The notes under the pieces were generated by a model. That model saw only the letters and a list, made by a program, of their open reading frames with translations. It was not told the origin of the DNA and searched no databases. Positions 1 through 10,325 of a DNA stretch of 64,000 nucleotides are shown piece after piece. Origin of the DNA: Nannocystales bacterium. Lineage in GTDB: Bacteria; Myxococcota_A; Polyangia; Nannocystales; Nannocystaceae. How positions within the stretch are numbered: the first letter of the stretch is position 1; every line of letters starts with the position of its first letter. The stretch covers positions 288,001 through 352,000 of the forward strand of contig JBOEGF010000024.1 in the NCBI GenBank assembly GCA_050633305.1. Reading direction: 5' to 3'. Both the position numbers and the translations under genes were made by a program.

Positions 1-3000
1 CGTGATGCCAGCGGGCACCTCGAGCAACACCTCCTGCGCACCGTTGAATGCGCCGGCGAGACGAGGCCGTTCATCGATGCCCGCCGCTTGAACCGGCACG
101 ATCGATTCGACCCGGTCGCGGACCGTCCCTGCATCGTCCTTCACCTCGAAGACCAGCTTCTTCTCGCCGGGTTCCTCGAAGGTCGCGGTGAAGGCCACGC
201 GCTTGCGAGCCATCGCTGCCAAAGAGACGCTTTGGGTCTTGTCGTCCAGGGTGACGGTGGCTTCGACCGCCTCGTCCAACCCGTTGTGGACCATGACCGC
301 GGCCTCGAAACTGTCGCCCTCGAGTGCGAAGCGCGGCACGGCGGGCTGGATCATCAGCGGTTTGCGCACGTTGAATGCGCCCTTGCCTCTGCCCCCACGG
401 CCCTTGTTGTCGAGCACGACGGCCATCATGCGGAACTCGGTCAGGTTGTCGGGGAGGTCGAGCCCGACCTTCACCGTGCCATCTTCGCCGGTTCGTAGAT
501 GGGGGCGCCACAGGGCGGTTCGCACGAAGTTCTTTCGGGTCGAGACGAGGCTCGCATTTCCGCTTGCGCCTCCGCCGTCGCCGGCGGTGTGGCTGCGCTG
601 CAGCATGTCGGCCAGCTCGGTACGGGTGTCGGCGATCGAGAAGTTGAACGCGGCGCCGGGGCGAAGCGCCTTGACCGGATCGGGAGCCTTGTAGTTGGTC
701 AGCCGCAGGACACCCTCGTCGACCACGGCCAAGACAACCTCGGCGCCCGCGACCGGCGTGCCCCCACGGACAACAGAGACCTCGATCTCCGCGTGTTCAC
801 GGGGCTCGTAGGCCTTCGCGTCCGCGCTCACGCTCACCTCGAGCGTGGCGTCGTCGAGAGACACTGGGAGCTTGAGGGCACCGAACTTCCACTGGGCGAG
901 CTGCTCCCCGCGGGCGTCGCGGGGAAGGAAGGTGACCGACGCGAAGACGTGCGGTGCGTGCTTGGCTTCGATGGGAACCTCGAAGGTGACGGGTCCGGCG
1001 TCGACCTCTCGGGCCTCGTGCTTGAGGACTGTGCCTTGCTCGACCGTGAAGATCGCAGTCGCCTTCTCGAAGGGGTTTTGGGCGACGATTTTCGCGGTTT
1101 GCCCAGGGGCGAAGGTCTTGGCGTCCGCGACGAGCTCCATGCGGTGCCCCGGCTCAGGCTCGGACCCGGACCAATCCGCGCCCCACGCCCACACGTAGGC
1201 GCGGCCACCGCTACGGCCGTCGATCTTCGTTCGGACCTCGTAGGAGCCCGAAACCTTGGGGGTGAGCTCGCAGGAGACGACGGCCAACGCGGACTTGGCC
1301 GTGCAACGCCCAGAGGGGATTTCAACCCTGTGCCATTGCAGCCGCGTTGATCCACCCGGGCCGGGTTTGCGCGTCCGTTTCCATTCCATACGAACGAGTT
1401 CGGCGGTGACGCTCTTGCCGACCACGGAGGTTCCCGCTTGGTCGATCACGCCCAGTTCGAGGTCGAGCGGCGTCCCGACGTCAGGCCAGCGGTCTTTGAT
1501 GCGCACGCCGGCGTAGTACGGGGCGGGGTGGACGACCACGCTGTCGCGGCCAGCGATCGCCCGGTGGCTGCTGTCGGTGACCTCGGCTTCGAAGGTGAAC
1601 GTTTGCGGGCCTCCGTCCTGGTCGACCTCGACGACGGGGGACGCTTGCAGGGCACCCTTGGCGTCGAGTGTGCCGTAGCCGGAGCGAGACCAGCCAGACT
1701 CCACGTAGCCGGCGGTGAAGCTGAGGCCGCGAGCGGTGAGGGCTCCTTTGGGCATGGGCGCCGAGGCGCGACGCACGACCCAGGTCGCCTCGGCGCCGTC
1801 CATGGCGGCCCCGAAGAGGTACTTGGCGACCACGTTGCCCTCGACTTTCCGCTTCTTGTCGGACCCGGTGGTCTTGGCTTCGACGTCGACCTTGAAGCGG
1901 GGCGGCTCAAACTCGGCGACCTGCACCTGGGTTCGCCCCAGCGTCTCTTCGCCGGGCATCGCCTGCAGTTCGACCTGGTAGCGGCCGATCGGCGATCCCT
2001 CCTCGGTGGTCCACGACGCGCTCACGCTCCCCATGTCGTCGGTCGTGAGGTCTTGGGTGAACGCGGTCTTGCCTCGGGGGTCGACGATGCGAATCCGCGC
2101 TTCACTCTTCGCCACGGGAAGCAGGTCCGCTCCGTCAGGGCGTCGCATCATGCCTTTGACATGAACGGTCGCCCCGGGTCGGTACACGCCTCGGTCGCTC
2201 ATCACCAACCCGCGGTTGGGGTTGGCGGACAGGGGCATTCCACCGGATAGCTCGGGCACCAGATGGCGGTTGGTCTGGACGCGGTGCCCCATCGGCAGGA
2301 TGGTCCTCGCGGTCCCGGATTCAACCCGCAGCAACGTGTTACGGGACTTGTCCATCGCGAGATCAAGGACGGCGAGCCCGTCCTTGTCGGTACGGATGCC
2401 GGTTGCCTCGGTCCCGTCGACGAACAGCGTTGCGCCCGAAACGGGAGCACCACTGGTCATCTCGGCGACATGGACGAAGGTCTTGTCGCCACTGCCGCGC
2501 GCGTGCACGACCATGGCGGTGTCGTCGTTGACCAGGACCAACGCCAAAGGGGGCTTGCTGGCCCGGGACCAGCTGGGGTGAGTCGGCTCAGGAGCATCGA
2601 AGGCGGTCGAGGTCCGCTTGAGCTCGACGACGTACGCCTTGCCGCTGCCGAGATGCTCGAGCAGGTTCACCTTCGAGGTCACCGACTTGTCCTGTTTGGC
2701 CGTGGGGCTGAAGGGGATGGTGAGGGTGGGTTTCCCCGTGGGAGCCTCGCGCCGGGAGACGCGTCCGTTCGCGTCCTGCCACGCCGAATCGCTGTCTCCG
2801 ACCTCCCAGGCTCGCAGCTCGAATCCATCGACGTTCCGGGTGGTCACCTTGAACGACTTGCTCAGCGTGGTGTCCAAGAACTGAAGACCCTCGGGCATCG
2901 ACACACTCGTCGGCCGCGGTGCCGTGCGCAGCTTGACCACGACCGGTGCCGCGAGCGACTGCCCGTAGGTGTCCTTGGCGGAGGCGAGCGTCAGCGTGTA

Positions 3001-4140
3001 GTCGCGGCTGGGCTCGAACGCTCCGCTGACGGTGACTTGGCCGTCTGAGCTCCACCGCTGGGACCAAACGGACAGGTTGCGGATAGGCGGGTCGACGGAG
3101 ACCGCCGCCTCGAGCGACTTTCCGCCCTCGATGATGTTGTTGAAGTGAAGCGCGACCTCGCGGCCACCGATGTGGAGCGTGTCGCCCTTCATCTTGCATC
3201 GCTCCGAGTCGTAACGGCAGTCGACCTTGGTGAACTTGGGCCGTCGTGCGATGTCGAACGCGATGCGGTCTGCGGTTTCTTCGGCCGCACCGTGGTCGCG
3301 AACGGTGAACGCTCCTTTGCCACCGGGCCACATCCGGCGCTTCGGGCGAACGACGAGCATGTTTCGCTTGTCGGCCTTTGCGCCGTCGAACAGCCCTTTC
3401 TTCGGATGCTTGAGACTGAACTCCAGCGCCTTGCCCTTTGCGTTGGTCAGTGTGATGAGCTCCTTGACCTGCTCCGCCGTCACCGGCTGATCGAACAGAA
3501 CGGTCATCTCGGGGCGGGGTCCCTGCTTCGTCCCACTGTGCGGGTAGAAGGTCACCACGCGCGGTTTCCCCGGTTCGGGGATATAGGTGACCATCTTCCC
3601 GCCGATCCAGATCCGTGGGTCGGCTCGGAACACGCCCTTCCACTCCATGCTCGCGCCGCTCTCGTCCTCCACGGGTCCCAATGCGAGCGTGTAGTCGGTC
3701 TCCGGGTCGAAGGGCGCATCGGCGTGGAACGAGACCGACCAGTCGCTGTTCCATTGAGCCCTGCCCTTGACGGCCGGCGTGATGGTGAGCGGAGGCGGGG
3801 TCTTGCCCTTACGCTTCGCGCGGTTGTTGAGTCGCAGCGTGATCGTCTGCCCCGAGGTCTCCCATCGCCCCTTGTCATCCAGCTCCGGCCACTCGACGGT
3901 GAGAGGCTCGGTCGGGTCATCGTCCACACCCGCGAGGTCCGGAGGCAGCAGGCGCCGGTCGCGTCGGGTCAGCGGCGGCGGGAACAGCAGCGCCGGGCCG
4001 TCCGAGGGGATCTTGCTGGTGTCGACATCGACAGGTGACGAGCTGTCCTGTTCGCTGGTGTTGGACGACGAAGTGCAGGCCAGCGCGAGGACGAGGAGCG
4101 CGCGCGCGGGTGTGTGGAGGAGCGTCGAGACACGAGCCAT
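1..4140 (-). CDS. Bacterial alpha-2-macroglobulin family lipoprotein (MG2/A2M domains), 3' end truncated by window edge
   Basis: Manual translation from ATG at 4140 (GGAG SD upstream) stays open to base 1. Lipobox LLVLALAC. A2M motifs: SDRGVYRPG, VAEFEPPRFKV, AKYLFGAAM, LAVVDEGVLRL, RKNFVRTALW, LPDNLTEFRMMAV, PAVPRFALEGD. Absent from the ORF track because there is no stop in the window. Confidence 0.92.
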   Translation of the reverse strand, partial: MARVSTLLHTPARALLVLALACTSSSNTSEQDSSSPVDVDTSKIPSDGPALLFPPPLTRRDRRLLPPDLAGVDDDPTEPLTVEWPELDDKGRWETSGQTITLRLNNRAKRKGKTPPPLTITPAVKGRAQWNSDWSVSFHADAPFDPETDYTLALGPVEDESGASMEWKGVFRADPRIWIGGKMVTYIPEPGKPRVVTFYPHSGTKQGPRPEMTVLFDQPVTAEQVKELITLTNAKGKALEFSLKHPKKGLFDGAKADKRNMLVVRPKRRMWPGGKGAFTVRDHGAAEETADRIAFDIARRPKFTKVDCRYDSERCKMKGDTLHIGGREVALHFNNIIEGGKSLEAAVSVDPPIRNLSVWSQRWSSDGQVTVSGAFEPSRDYTLTLASAKDTYGQSLAAPVVVKLRTAPRPTSVSMPEGLQFLDTTLSKSFKVTTRNVDGFELRAWEVGDSDSAWQDANGRVSRREAPTGKPTLTIPFSPTAKQDKSVTSKVNLLEHLGSGKAYVVELKRTSTAFDAPEPTHPSWSRASKPPLALVLVNDDTAMVVHARGSGDKTFVHVAEMTSGAPVSGATLFVDGTEATGIRTDKDGLAVLDLAMDKSRNTLLRVESGTARTILPMGHRVQTNRHLVPELSGGMPLSANPNRGLVMSDRGVYRPGATVHVKGMMRRPDGADLLPVAKSEARIRIVDPRGKTAFTQDLTTDDMGSVSASWTTEEGSPIGRYQVELQAMPGEETLGRTQVQVAEFEPPRFKVDVEAKTTGSDKKRKVEGNVVAKYLFGAAMDGAEATWVVRRASAPMPKGALTARGLSFTAGYVESGWSRSGYGTLDAKGALQASPVVEVDQDGGPQTFTFEAEVTDSSHRAIAGRDSVVVHPAPYYAGVRIKDRWPDVGTPLDLELGVIDQAGTSVVGKSVTAELVRMEWKRTRKPGPGGSTRLQWHRVEIPSGRCTAKSALAVVSCELTPKVSGSYEVRTKIDGRSGGRAYVWAWGADWSGSEPEPGHRMELVADAKTFAPGQTAKIVAQNPFEKATAIFTVEQGTVLKHEAREVDAGPVTFEVPIEAKHAPHVFASVTFLPRDARGEQLAQWKFGALKLPVSLDDATLEVSVSADAKAYEPREHAEIEVSVVRGGTPVAGAEVVLAVVDEGVLRLTNYKAPDPVKALRPGAAFNFSIADTRTELADMLQRSHTAGDGGGASGNASLVSTRKNFVRTALWRPHLRTGEDGTVKVGLDLPDNLTEFRMMAVVLDNKGRGGRGKGAFNVRKPLMIQPAVPRFALEGDSFEAAVMVHNGLDEAVEATVTLDDKTQSVSLAAMARKRVAFTATFEEPGEKKLVFEVKDDAGTVRDRVESIVPVQAAGIDERPRLAGAFNGAQEVLLEVPAGIT

Positions 4141-4418
4141 GGGCGGTGACTCCACTCTGCACGGACTGGGCCGCACGTGTTCTTGCCGGAGTGGGCCGCT
4201 ATCACCGCCCGTTTCGCGCCGTTTTCGTACACGAATGATGTTAATCGTGTCCTGTGCTCGGTTTTTGGAGCCAATTCGCTTCAAAAGTCCGCAGGTGGCT
4301 CGTCTCCTCCAGAATCGGTTGCCAGCACGCCGAGTGGCGGGCGATGGCCGAGTACGCGAGAGGATTCGCAGACCGAGGTGGGTTCCCGATCGAGGCTGGA
4401 CACCGCAAGCTATCGAAG

Positions 4419-5579
4419 ATGTCGGAATCCCGATACGACTCGTTGTTCAATCCCACCCCCGAGCACCAGATGATTCGGGAGACGATCGCGGAGTTCGCGG
4501 CGAAGTACGTCGACCCGCAGGCCGCCGAGTTCGACGAGAAAGGCGTGCTCAACCAGGCGCTGTTCCGGCAGCTCGGTGAGCTCGGGATTCTCGGAATCAC
4601 GATCCCCGAGGAGCACGGCGGGGCGGGCATGGACACAGTCGCAGCTGTGATTGTCCACCACGAGCTCGCGAAGTACGACCCCGGCTTCACGCTGGCCTAC
4701 CTCGCGCACTCGATGTTGTTTGTGAACAACTTCTATTACTGCGCCAACGACGAGCAGCGTGGTCGCTACTTGGAGAAAGTCCTCTCCGGGGAGTGGGTCG
4801 CTGGCATGGGCATGACCGAGCCGGGCGCGGGAACCGACGTGATGGGCATGACGACGACGGCCGTGCTCGATGGCGATAGCTACGTCCTCAACGGCACGAA
4901 GACGTACATCACCAACGGCTGCGAGGGGCACTGCTTCTTGGTCTACGCCAAGGTCGACGGACGGGTGACCTCCTTCCTCGTCGATCGCGACTGCCCCGGG
5001 TTCTCCAGCAGCAACCACATCGACAAGTGCGGCATGCGGGGCTCGACGATGTCAGAGCTCATCTTCGAGGACTGCCGTATCCCCAAGGAAAACCTCCTGG
5101 GTGCCGAAGGCGAGGGCGTCACGCACATGATGCGGAACCTCGAGGTCGAACGTCTCGCCTTGGCCGCCATGAGTGTCGGGATCGCAGATCGCTGTGTCGA
5201 CATCATGGTCGATTACTCCGTGGAGCGGACCGCGTTTGGCAAGCCGATCGGCGCGTTCGGGCAGATCCAGCGCTACGTGGCGGACGGGTACGCCATGACC
5301 GAGGCCGCAAAGTGCCTGGTCTACAACGTCGCCCGTGAGGTCGGACCCGACATCCGGAACCGTGTCGGCTCCGATGCCGCAAAGTTGTTCGCCGCCCCCG
5401 TCGGAAAGATGGTCGCCGACTACGCCATGCAGGTCATGGGCGGCGCTGGCTACTGCCGCGAGTTCCCCGTCGAGCGACTGTGGCGCGACGCCAAGCTGCT
5501 CGAGATTGGGGGCGGAACCCTGGAAGCGCACCAGAAGAACCTCTCCAAGGATCTCGCGCGCGAGCGCGTCCGTCGGTAG
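4419..5579 (+). CDS. Acyl-CoA dehydrogenase (isovaleryl-CoA dehydrogenase-like)
   Basis: Motifs GMTEPGAGTD, LNGTKTYITNG, RTAFGKPIG, QVMGGAGY, RDAKLLEIGGGT. Start placed at MSES (4419). Confidence 0.93.
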   Translation: MSESRYDSLFNPTPEHQMIRETIAEFAAKYVDPQAAEFDEKGVLNQALFRQLGELGILGITIPEEHGGAGMDTVAAVIVHHELAKYDPGFTLAYLAHSMLFVNNFYYCANDEQRGRYLEKVLSGEWVAGMGMTEPGAGTDVMGMTTTAVLDGDSYVLNGTKTYITNGCEGHCFLVYAKVDGRVTSFLVDRDCPGFSSSNHIDKCGMRGSTMSELIFEDCRIPKENLLGAEGEGVTHMMRNLEVERLALAAMSVGIADRCVDIMVDYSVERTAFGKPIGAFGQIQRYVADGYAMTEAAKCLVYNVAREVGPDIRNRVGSDAAKLFAAPVGKMVADYAMQVMGGAGYCREFPVERLWRDAKLLEIGGGTLEAHQKNLSKDLARERVRR

Positions 5580-5756
5580 GCGCGGCGCGTTTACCGGCCC
5601 CTCGTGTCTCCAGAAGGCGCGGAATCGTGGGGTGCGGAGCAGGGGACCGGCCACGGGAGTTTTGCTCGTGGTCGGAAAAACCAGCTAGACGCGCGACCGT
5701 CGTTGGGGCCACCATGCGTCCTATCACCGCGGCTACGGCCCGGACTGGAGACTAGG

Positions 5757-6632
5757 ATGAAACTCGACGTACGCTTTCTTTCCTCACTTTCTCTCGTAGC
5801 TGCCCTGGGCTTCGGCACTGGCTGTCCCGCGGACGATGATCCGTCCGACCCCGGCGGCGACACCGACGCCAGCAGCACCGGCACGCCGGACCCGACCGAG
5901 GCAACGGACCCGACCGACGCGACGGACCCGACGGACCCGACGGACCCGACGGACCCGACCGACACCACGGCCGGCACGACGACGACCGACGGCGAGACGA
6001 CGGACGGCGAGACCACCGACGATCCCACCGACCCGACCGGCGAAGATCCGCTTCCCGACGGCTCCGACTGCACGATGAACGAGCAGTGTGAGTCTGGCGC
6101 TTGTTACGTCACCGGCATCGGCGGCCTCTGCGGCGAGTGTGCGGGCGACGAGGACTGCGACGGCGGCGGCTGCAGCCTCCCCAACCCGCTGGCCACACCC
6201 CCCGAGGGCTCGGTCTGCAACATGGGCGCGCTCGGCGACGGTTGCCAAAGCAACGACGTCTGCGGCGAAGGTCTCACCTGCGTTGAGATCATCAACGTCC
6301 CCGGCATCCTGATGGCGAGCACCTGCTCGGAGTGCGACACCACCGCGGACTGCGATGGCGACCAGCTCTGCAACGTCTCGGTCGACGTCGCCAACATCAG
6401 TGGCCAGCAAACCTGCGTGGACGCGGACAGCGTTCCCGACGGCGAGTTCTGCGATCTCGAGGGCGACGGCGAGGCGGCGTGCTTGAACCACTGCGCGGAA
6501 GCCAGCGTCAAAGGCCTCCTCACCTTCGGTCTTTGTGGCGAGTGCCGTGACGACGCAGACTGCGACGGCGGGACCTGCGTCGAGCCTGAAGTCGGCATCG
6601 ACGGCACCGTTGTCGCCTCGTTCTGCGAGTAG
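5757..6632 (+). CDS. Cys-rich lipoprotein with Asp/Pro/Thr-rich linker
   Basis: GGAG SD, signal peptide ending GFGTGC, DPT repeats, then repeated C-x-x-D-x-D-C-type cysteine modules. Confidence 0.8.
   Translation: MKLDVRFLSSLSLVAALGFGTGCPADDDPSDPGGDTDASSTGTPDPTEATDPTDATDPTDPTDPTDPTDTTAGTTTTDGETTDGETTDDPTDPTGEDPLPDGSDCTMNEQCESGACYVTGIGGLCGECAGDEDCDGGGCSLPNPLATPPEGSVCNMGALGDGCQSNDVCGEGLTCVEIINVPGILMASTCSECDTTADCDGDQLCNVSVDVANISGQQTCVDADSVPDGEFCDLEGDGEAACLNHCAEASVKGLLTFGLCGECRDDADCDGGTCVEPEVGIDGTVVASFCE
5889..5962 (+). repeat. 9-bp tandem repeat (gacccgacg) encoding Asp-Pro-Thr
   Basis: gacggacccgacggacccgacggacccgacggacccgacc is directly visible, with degenerate copies upstream. Confidence 0.85.
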
Positions 6633-6683
6633 GCCAGCGGCTGACCCCGAGCCGAGCCTCTCAAGAAGCTCGGCTCAACCCAC

Positions 6684-6721
6684 AAGAAGAGCGCGTCTCC
6701 GATGGAGCCGCGCTCTTTCTT
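6684..6721. terminator. Probable bidirectional intrinsic terminator
   Basis: Inverted repeat aagaagagcgcgtctcc-gat-ggagccgcgctctttctt between convergent genes. Confidence 0.6.
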
Positions 6722-6743
6722 GTGGTTCGGTCTCTTCCGAGGT

Positions 6744-7319
6744 CTACTCGGCCGGAGTCGGTTCGCTCTCGGACTCGGCTTCGTCTCCGCTGCATCGCTC
6801 GAACAGGGCCTCGCATTCGGCGGAGATCAGGAAGTCGGACTCATCGGGGTAGTCCCCGGCCGCGAAGCGCTCGCAGGTGGTCGCTTTTGCGGCGCGGTCG
6901 AGCAGTCGTGCGGTCTCTTCGAAACACGACGAGAACTCTCCTACGGTGGCTCCGCAGGCTTCGACATCCTCGAAGCTGCACTGGAGGTCCTCGTCTTCGA
7001 ACTCAATCTCCGAAGGCTCAGACAAGCACGTGTCTCGGGCGGCTTTACACGCGGCGACGTCGAACGACCCATCGTCACCGACCGCTGCGGTGATTCCCTC
7101 GCTGTTGCACAGCAGCGTGGGCAGATCGTCACCGACCACCTCGCTCGCCCAGTCGGTCGCCTCTTCGCAGAAGGTCTGCTGCTCGTCCTCGTCCAATTCG
7201 TCGATCGGCTTGGACTCTGGCACCGAGGTGGGCTCGAACGTGGGCTCGCTCGTCTCGTCGTCACAGGCGGTCAACGAAAAAGCCAGAAGGCCGGAAACGA
7301 ATAAGGACAGGCGAGTCAC
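6744..7319 (-). CDS. Hypothetical acidic, Cys-rich lipoprotein
   Basis: GTG start VTRLSLFVSGLLAFSLTAC (lipobox). Acidic helical body with regularly spaced Cys. Confidence 0.7.
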   Translation of the reverse strand: MTRLSLFVSGLLAFSLTACDDETSEPTFEPTSVPESKPIDELDEDEQQTFCEEATDWASEVVGDDLPTLLCNSEGITAAVGDDGSFDVAACKAARDTCLSEPSEIEFEDEDLQCSFEDVEACGATVGEFSSCFEETARLLDRAAKATTCERFAAGDYPDESDFLISAECEALFERCSGDEAESESEPTPAE

Positions 7320-7457
7320 GACACAAGTGGACGACAGGGCGCGGAGCCCATTCAAGACAACTCGCGGGAGTGTTCAAGGAGCCGTCCAGCCTACGACTTC
7401 GGCGTACATGGGGTTCTCCGCCGCGTACGCTCCAGTCACGGTTGCCCGGGTGCGAGG

Positions 7458-9554
7458 CTAGCTCTCCGGCTCGAATGACTTGATCTTGGAGAGGAACGCG
7501 GAGGCCATGTCGTCCATCGCATCGGAGGTCATCTCTTCCTCGGAGTCGATGTCGTAGACCTCGATGCCGTCTTCGGGGAGCTCTTCGATGAACCGGCTCG
7601 GCTCGCGGGTGACCGTGCGTCCTCGTTCGACGCGGTTCTTGCTGCGACAAAGCCACAGTGTGTCGCGAGCACGGGTGATTCCGACGTAGAACAGGCGTCG
7701 TTCCTCCTCGATGTCGCCCGCGATGGCGTCGCTGGCACGCGGGGCGGAGACACGGCGGTGGGGGAGAACACCCTCCTCGATACCGATGATGAAGACGTAG
7801 GGCCACTCCAGGCCCTTGCAGCTATGAAGCGTGGCGAGGGAGACCTGGCCCTTCCGCTTTGCCTCCTCCTCTTGCTCCTTGTCCTTGTCCTTGTCGTCGT
7901 TGCTGTCGAGCTGGACCATGCCGAAGTACTCGGCCCAGCGCGGTCGCTTGTCTTGCTGCCGCATCCGCTCTTCGTAGCGACCGATGCTCCCTTTGAGCCA
8001 CTCCACGCCTTTGAGCCGGGCGGCCGCGGCGTCGTCGTTCCCGATCTCTTTCTTGACGTGGTCGGTGAACCCGACGGTGTTGAGCACGTACTCGAGTGCA
8101 GAGGCGGCACTGCGCTGTTCTCGGGCGCGAATCTGGGCGCTGCGGATCATCTTCGAGAACCGCTCCAGGCCCTCTCGTCCGCGCGCGCTGATGCCCTCGA
8201 TCTGGTCGGCCCGGTGAACCGCCTCGAGCATCGACACCTTGTTCTCCCGTGCATAGCTGGACAGCTTGCCCATGCTGATCCGCCCGATCCCCCGCGCCGG
8301 AGTCTCCAGGGCACGGCGCACCGCGAGCTCGTCCCGCGGGGTCAGGATGGTCTTGAGGTACGCGAGCGCGTCCTTGACTTCCTTCTTGTCGTACACCGAC
8401 TGGCCGCCGAGGACCCGGTACTGGATGCCGTGCTGCTGGAGTTCTTCCTCGATCGACTTTGCTTGCAGCGAGGACCGATACAGCACCGCGATGTCGTTCG
8501 GAGAGACGCCTTGTTCGACGACCAGCGTGCGGATCTTCTTGCCCACCCACTGCGACTCTTGGGGGCCGTCGGTGGCCACCACCATGTGCACGGGCTCGGT
8601 ACCCCCACGGGTCGGGATGAGGGTCTTGTCGTGGCGGGTCTTGTTGTGTGCGACGACGACGTTGGCGCAGTGGAGGATCGGCGTCCGGCACCGGTAGTTC
8701 TCCTCCAGCTTGACCACAGTGGTGCCTTCGAACATCTGGTCGAAGCTCAAGATGTTCTCAACCTTCGCACCACGCCAACCGTAGATCGCCTGGTCGTCGT
8801 CCCCGACCACGCACAGGTTGTGCGGCGGGCGGCTGAGCTGCCGCAGAAGCTCCAGCTGAGCGTCGTTGGTGTCCTGGTACTCGTCGACCATCAGATAGTC
8901 GAACTGGTTGCGCCAGCGCTCTCGCACGTCGGGTTTCTCGGCGAGAGTTCGGGCGACCAGACACACCAGGTCGTCGAAGTCTACGGCGCCGAGGGTTCGC
9001 AGCCGGTCTTCGTAGGCCGGGTAGATCGATGCGGCGACGACGTCATACTCGTCGATGATCTGGGCCTCCGCGGCCTCGAGCGTGAACGGAATGAAGGCGT
9101 TCTTCCACAGGCTGATCCGCTGTGCGATCGCCGGGAGGTCAAAGCGGCGCTCGACACCCGCTCCGTGATGTCCGTGCTCTCGCATCAACGCGCGGACGAT
9201 GCCGAAGACGTCGCCCTGGTCGAGGATCGAGAAGCGTGCGGAGGGGAGGCCGAAACCGTCGGGGTCGAGTCGGAGCAGACGCGCTCCCAGACTGTGAAAC
9301 GTTGCGAGCAGCACTTCGCTCGCGACACTGTTGCCGACCATTCCCCCGAGGCGTTCCCGCATTTCGCCGGCGGCCTTGTTGGTGAACGTCAGGCCCACGA
9401 TGCGGTCGGGCGGAACGCCGAGCCCGATGAGGTTCTGCATCCGGTGCGTAATGACGCGGGTCTTGCCGGACCCCGCGCCCGCCAGCACGAGCAGCGGCCC
9501 GTCGATGGTCACGACCGCAGCACGCTGACTTGGGTTGAGATGGCTCAGGTCCAT
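7458..9554 (-). CDS. ATP-dependent DNA helicase, UvrD/Rep/PcrA family
   Basis: Motifs LNPSQ, LAGAGSGKT, TFTNKAA, VDEYQDTN, VGDDDQAIYGWRGA, LEENYR, TLHSCKGLEW, EERRLFYVGITRA. Lacks the C-terminal Tudor-like tail (Rep-like). Confidence 0.95.
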   Translation of the reverse strand: MDLSHLNPSQRAAVVTIDGPLLVLAGAGSGKTRVITHRMQNLIGLGVPPDRIVGLTFTNKAAGEMRERLGGMVGNSVASEVLLATFHSLGARLLRLDPDGFGLPSARFSILDQGDVFGIVRALMREHGHHGAGVERRFDLPAIAQRISLWKNAFIPFTLEAAEAQIIDEYDVVAASIYPAYEDRLRTLGAVDFDDLVCLVARTLAEKPDVRERWRNQFDYLMVDEYQDTNDAQLELLRQLSRPPHNLCVVGDDDQAIYGWRGAKVENILSFDQMFEGTTVVKLEENYRCRTPILHCANVVVAHNKTRHDKTLIPTRGGTEPVHMVVATDGPQESQWVGKKIRTLVVEQGVSPNDIAVLYRSSLQAKSIEEELQQHGIQYRVLGGQSVYDKKEVKDALAYLKTILTPRDELAVRRALETPARGIGRISMGKLSSYARENKVSMLEAVHRADQIEGISARGREGLERFSKMIRSAQIRAREQRSAASALEYVLNTVGFTDHVKKEIGNDDAAAARLKGVEWLKGSIGRYEERMRQQDKRPRWAEYFGMVQLDSNDDKDKDKEQEEEAKRKGQVSLATLHSCKGLEWPYVFIIGIEEGVLPHRRVSAPRASDAIAGDIEEERRLFYVGITRARDTLWLCRSKNRVERGRTVTREPSRFIEELPEDGIEVYDIDSEEEMTSDAMDDMASAFLSKIKSFEPES

Positions 9555-9650
9555 CGGACGCTGTCTTGTACGCGGGCCCAGAGGCGCCAGCAACCCACTG
9601 CGGACACCGGCCTCGCACGGGTGGGTGGCAGCGAGTCCGGGGCCGAGAAC

Positions 9651-10325
9651 TCAGCCGCGCGGTCGCCACGGCCCGGGCAGGGCGTCGAACGCCAAACCGA
9701 AACCGAGCATGAAGGTGACCAGCGTGCGGCGGTCCGTGGTGCCGTCGGGAAACGAGCGTTGGGAGGATGGCCCAAACATTGGGCCGCCCCAAAGCTCGAT
9801 TCGCATGCGTTCGGCGACTGCCTTTCGAAAGCCGATGCTCAGCATTCCCGCGTGGTTTCCCCACCGGGCACGTGCGACATCGTCTTCGAAGAACGGAGGC
9901 GTGAAGCTGTCGTCGCCGAACGCATGAAGGCCGATGTACTCGGCGCGTCCGAAGATTCGGCGGCCGTAGGCTCCGAGCCCGAGCGCCCCGCCGAGCGCCC
10001 CACCGAAGACCTTGTCCTTCGCTGCATTGCCCACGACCCAGGGGCGCACGCTGACCGAGAACACGCTGGCGAGGCGAAGTCGCACCTCGATGCTGGTTCC
10101 GACGCCGAAAAATCCGCCGCGGGTTTCACAGGAGGCGTCTTCGGATCGGCACTCCTGGTTGCCGACCGCATGAGGCCCGATCATCGCGGCACCGGCGATG
10201 GTGATGCGAGGGTTCTGCGCCGCGGCTTGTTTCGCAGCCGTCGGGACTTCCGGCTCGTGCGCGACGGATGGCTCTGTGGTGAGCCAGACGAAGGCAGCGA
10301 GGGAGACCAGGCCCATGCCACTCAT
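9651..10325 (-). CDS. Hypothetical exported protein, possible outer-membrane beta-barrel
   Basis: ATGA overlap with the upstream dehydrogenase stop. Hydrophobic N-terminus. Gly/aromatic alternating strands ending TFMLGFGLAFD. Confidence 0.6.
   Translation of the reverse strand: MSGMGLVSLAAFVWLTTEPSVAHEPEVPTAAKQAAAQNPRITIAGAAMIGPHAVGNQECRSEDASCETRGGFFGVGTSIEVRLRLASVFSVSVRPWVVGNAAKDKVFGGALGGALGLGAYGRRIFGRAEYIGLHAFGDDSFTPPFFEDDVARARWGNHAGMLSIGFRKAVAERMRIELWGGPMFGPSSQRSFPDGTTDRRTLVTFMLGFGLAFDALPGPWRPRG

Noticed and set aside
4229..4250. acacga-N10-tcgtgt inverted repeat between A2M and the acyl-CoA dehydrogenase
   Set aside because: 6-bp arms in a single instance are too weak to call an operator without comparative data.
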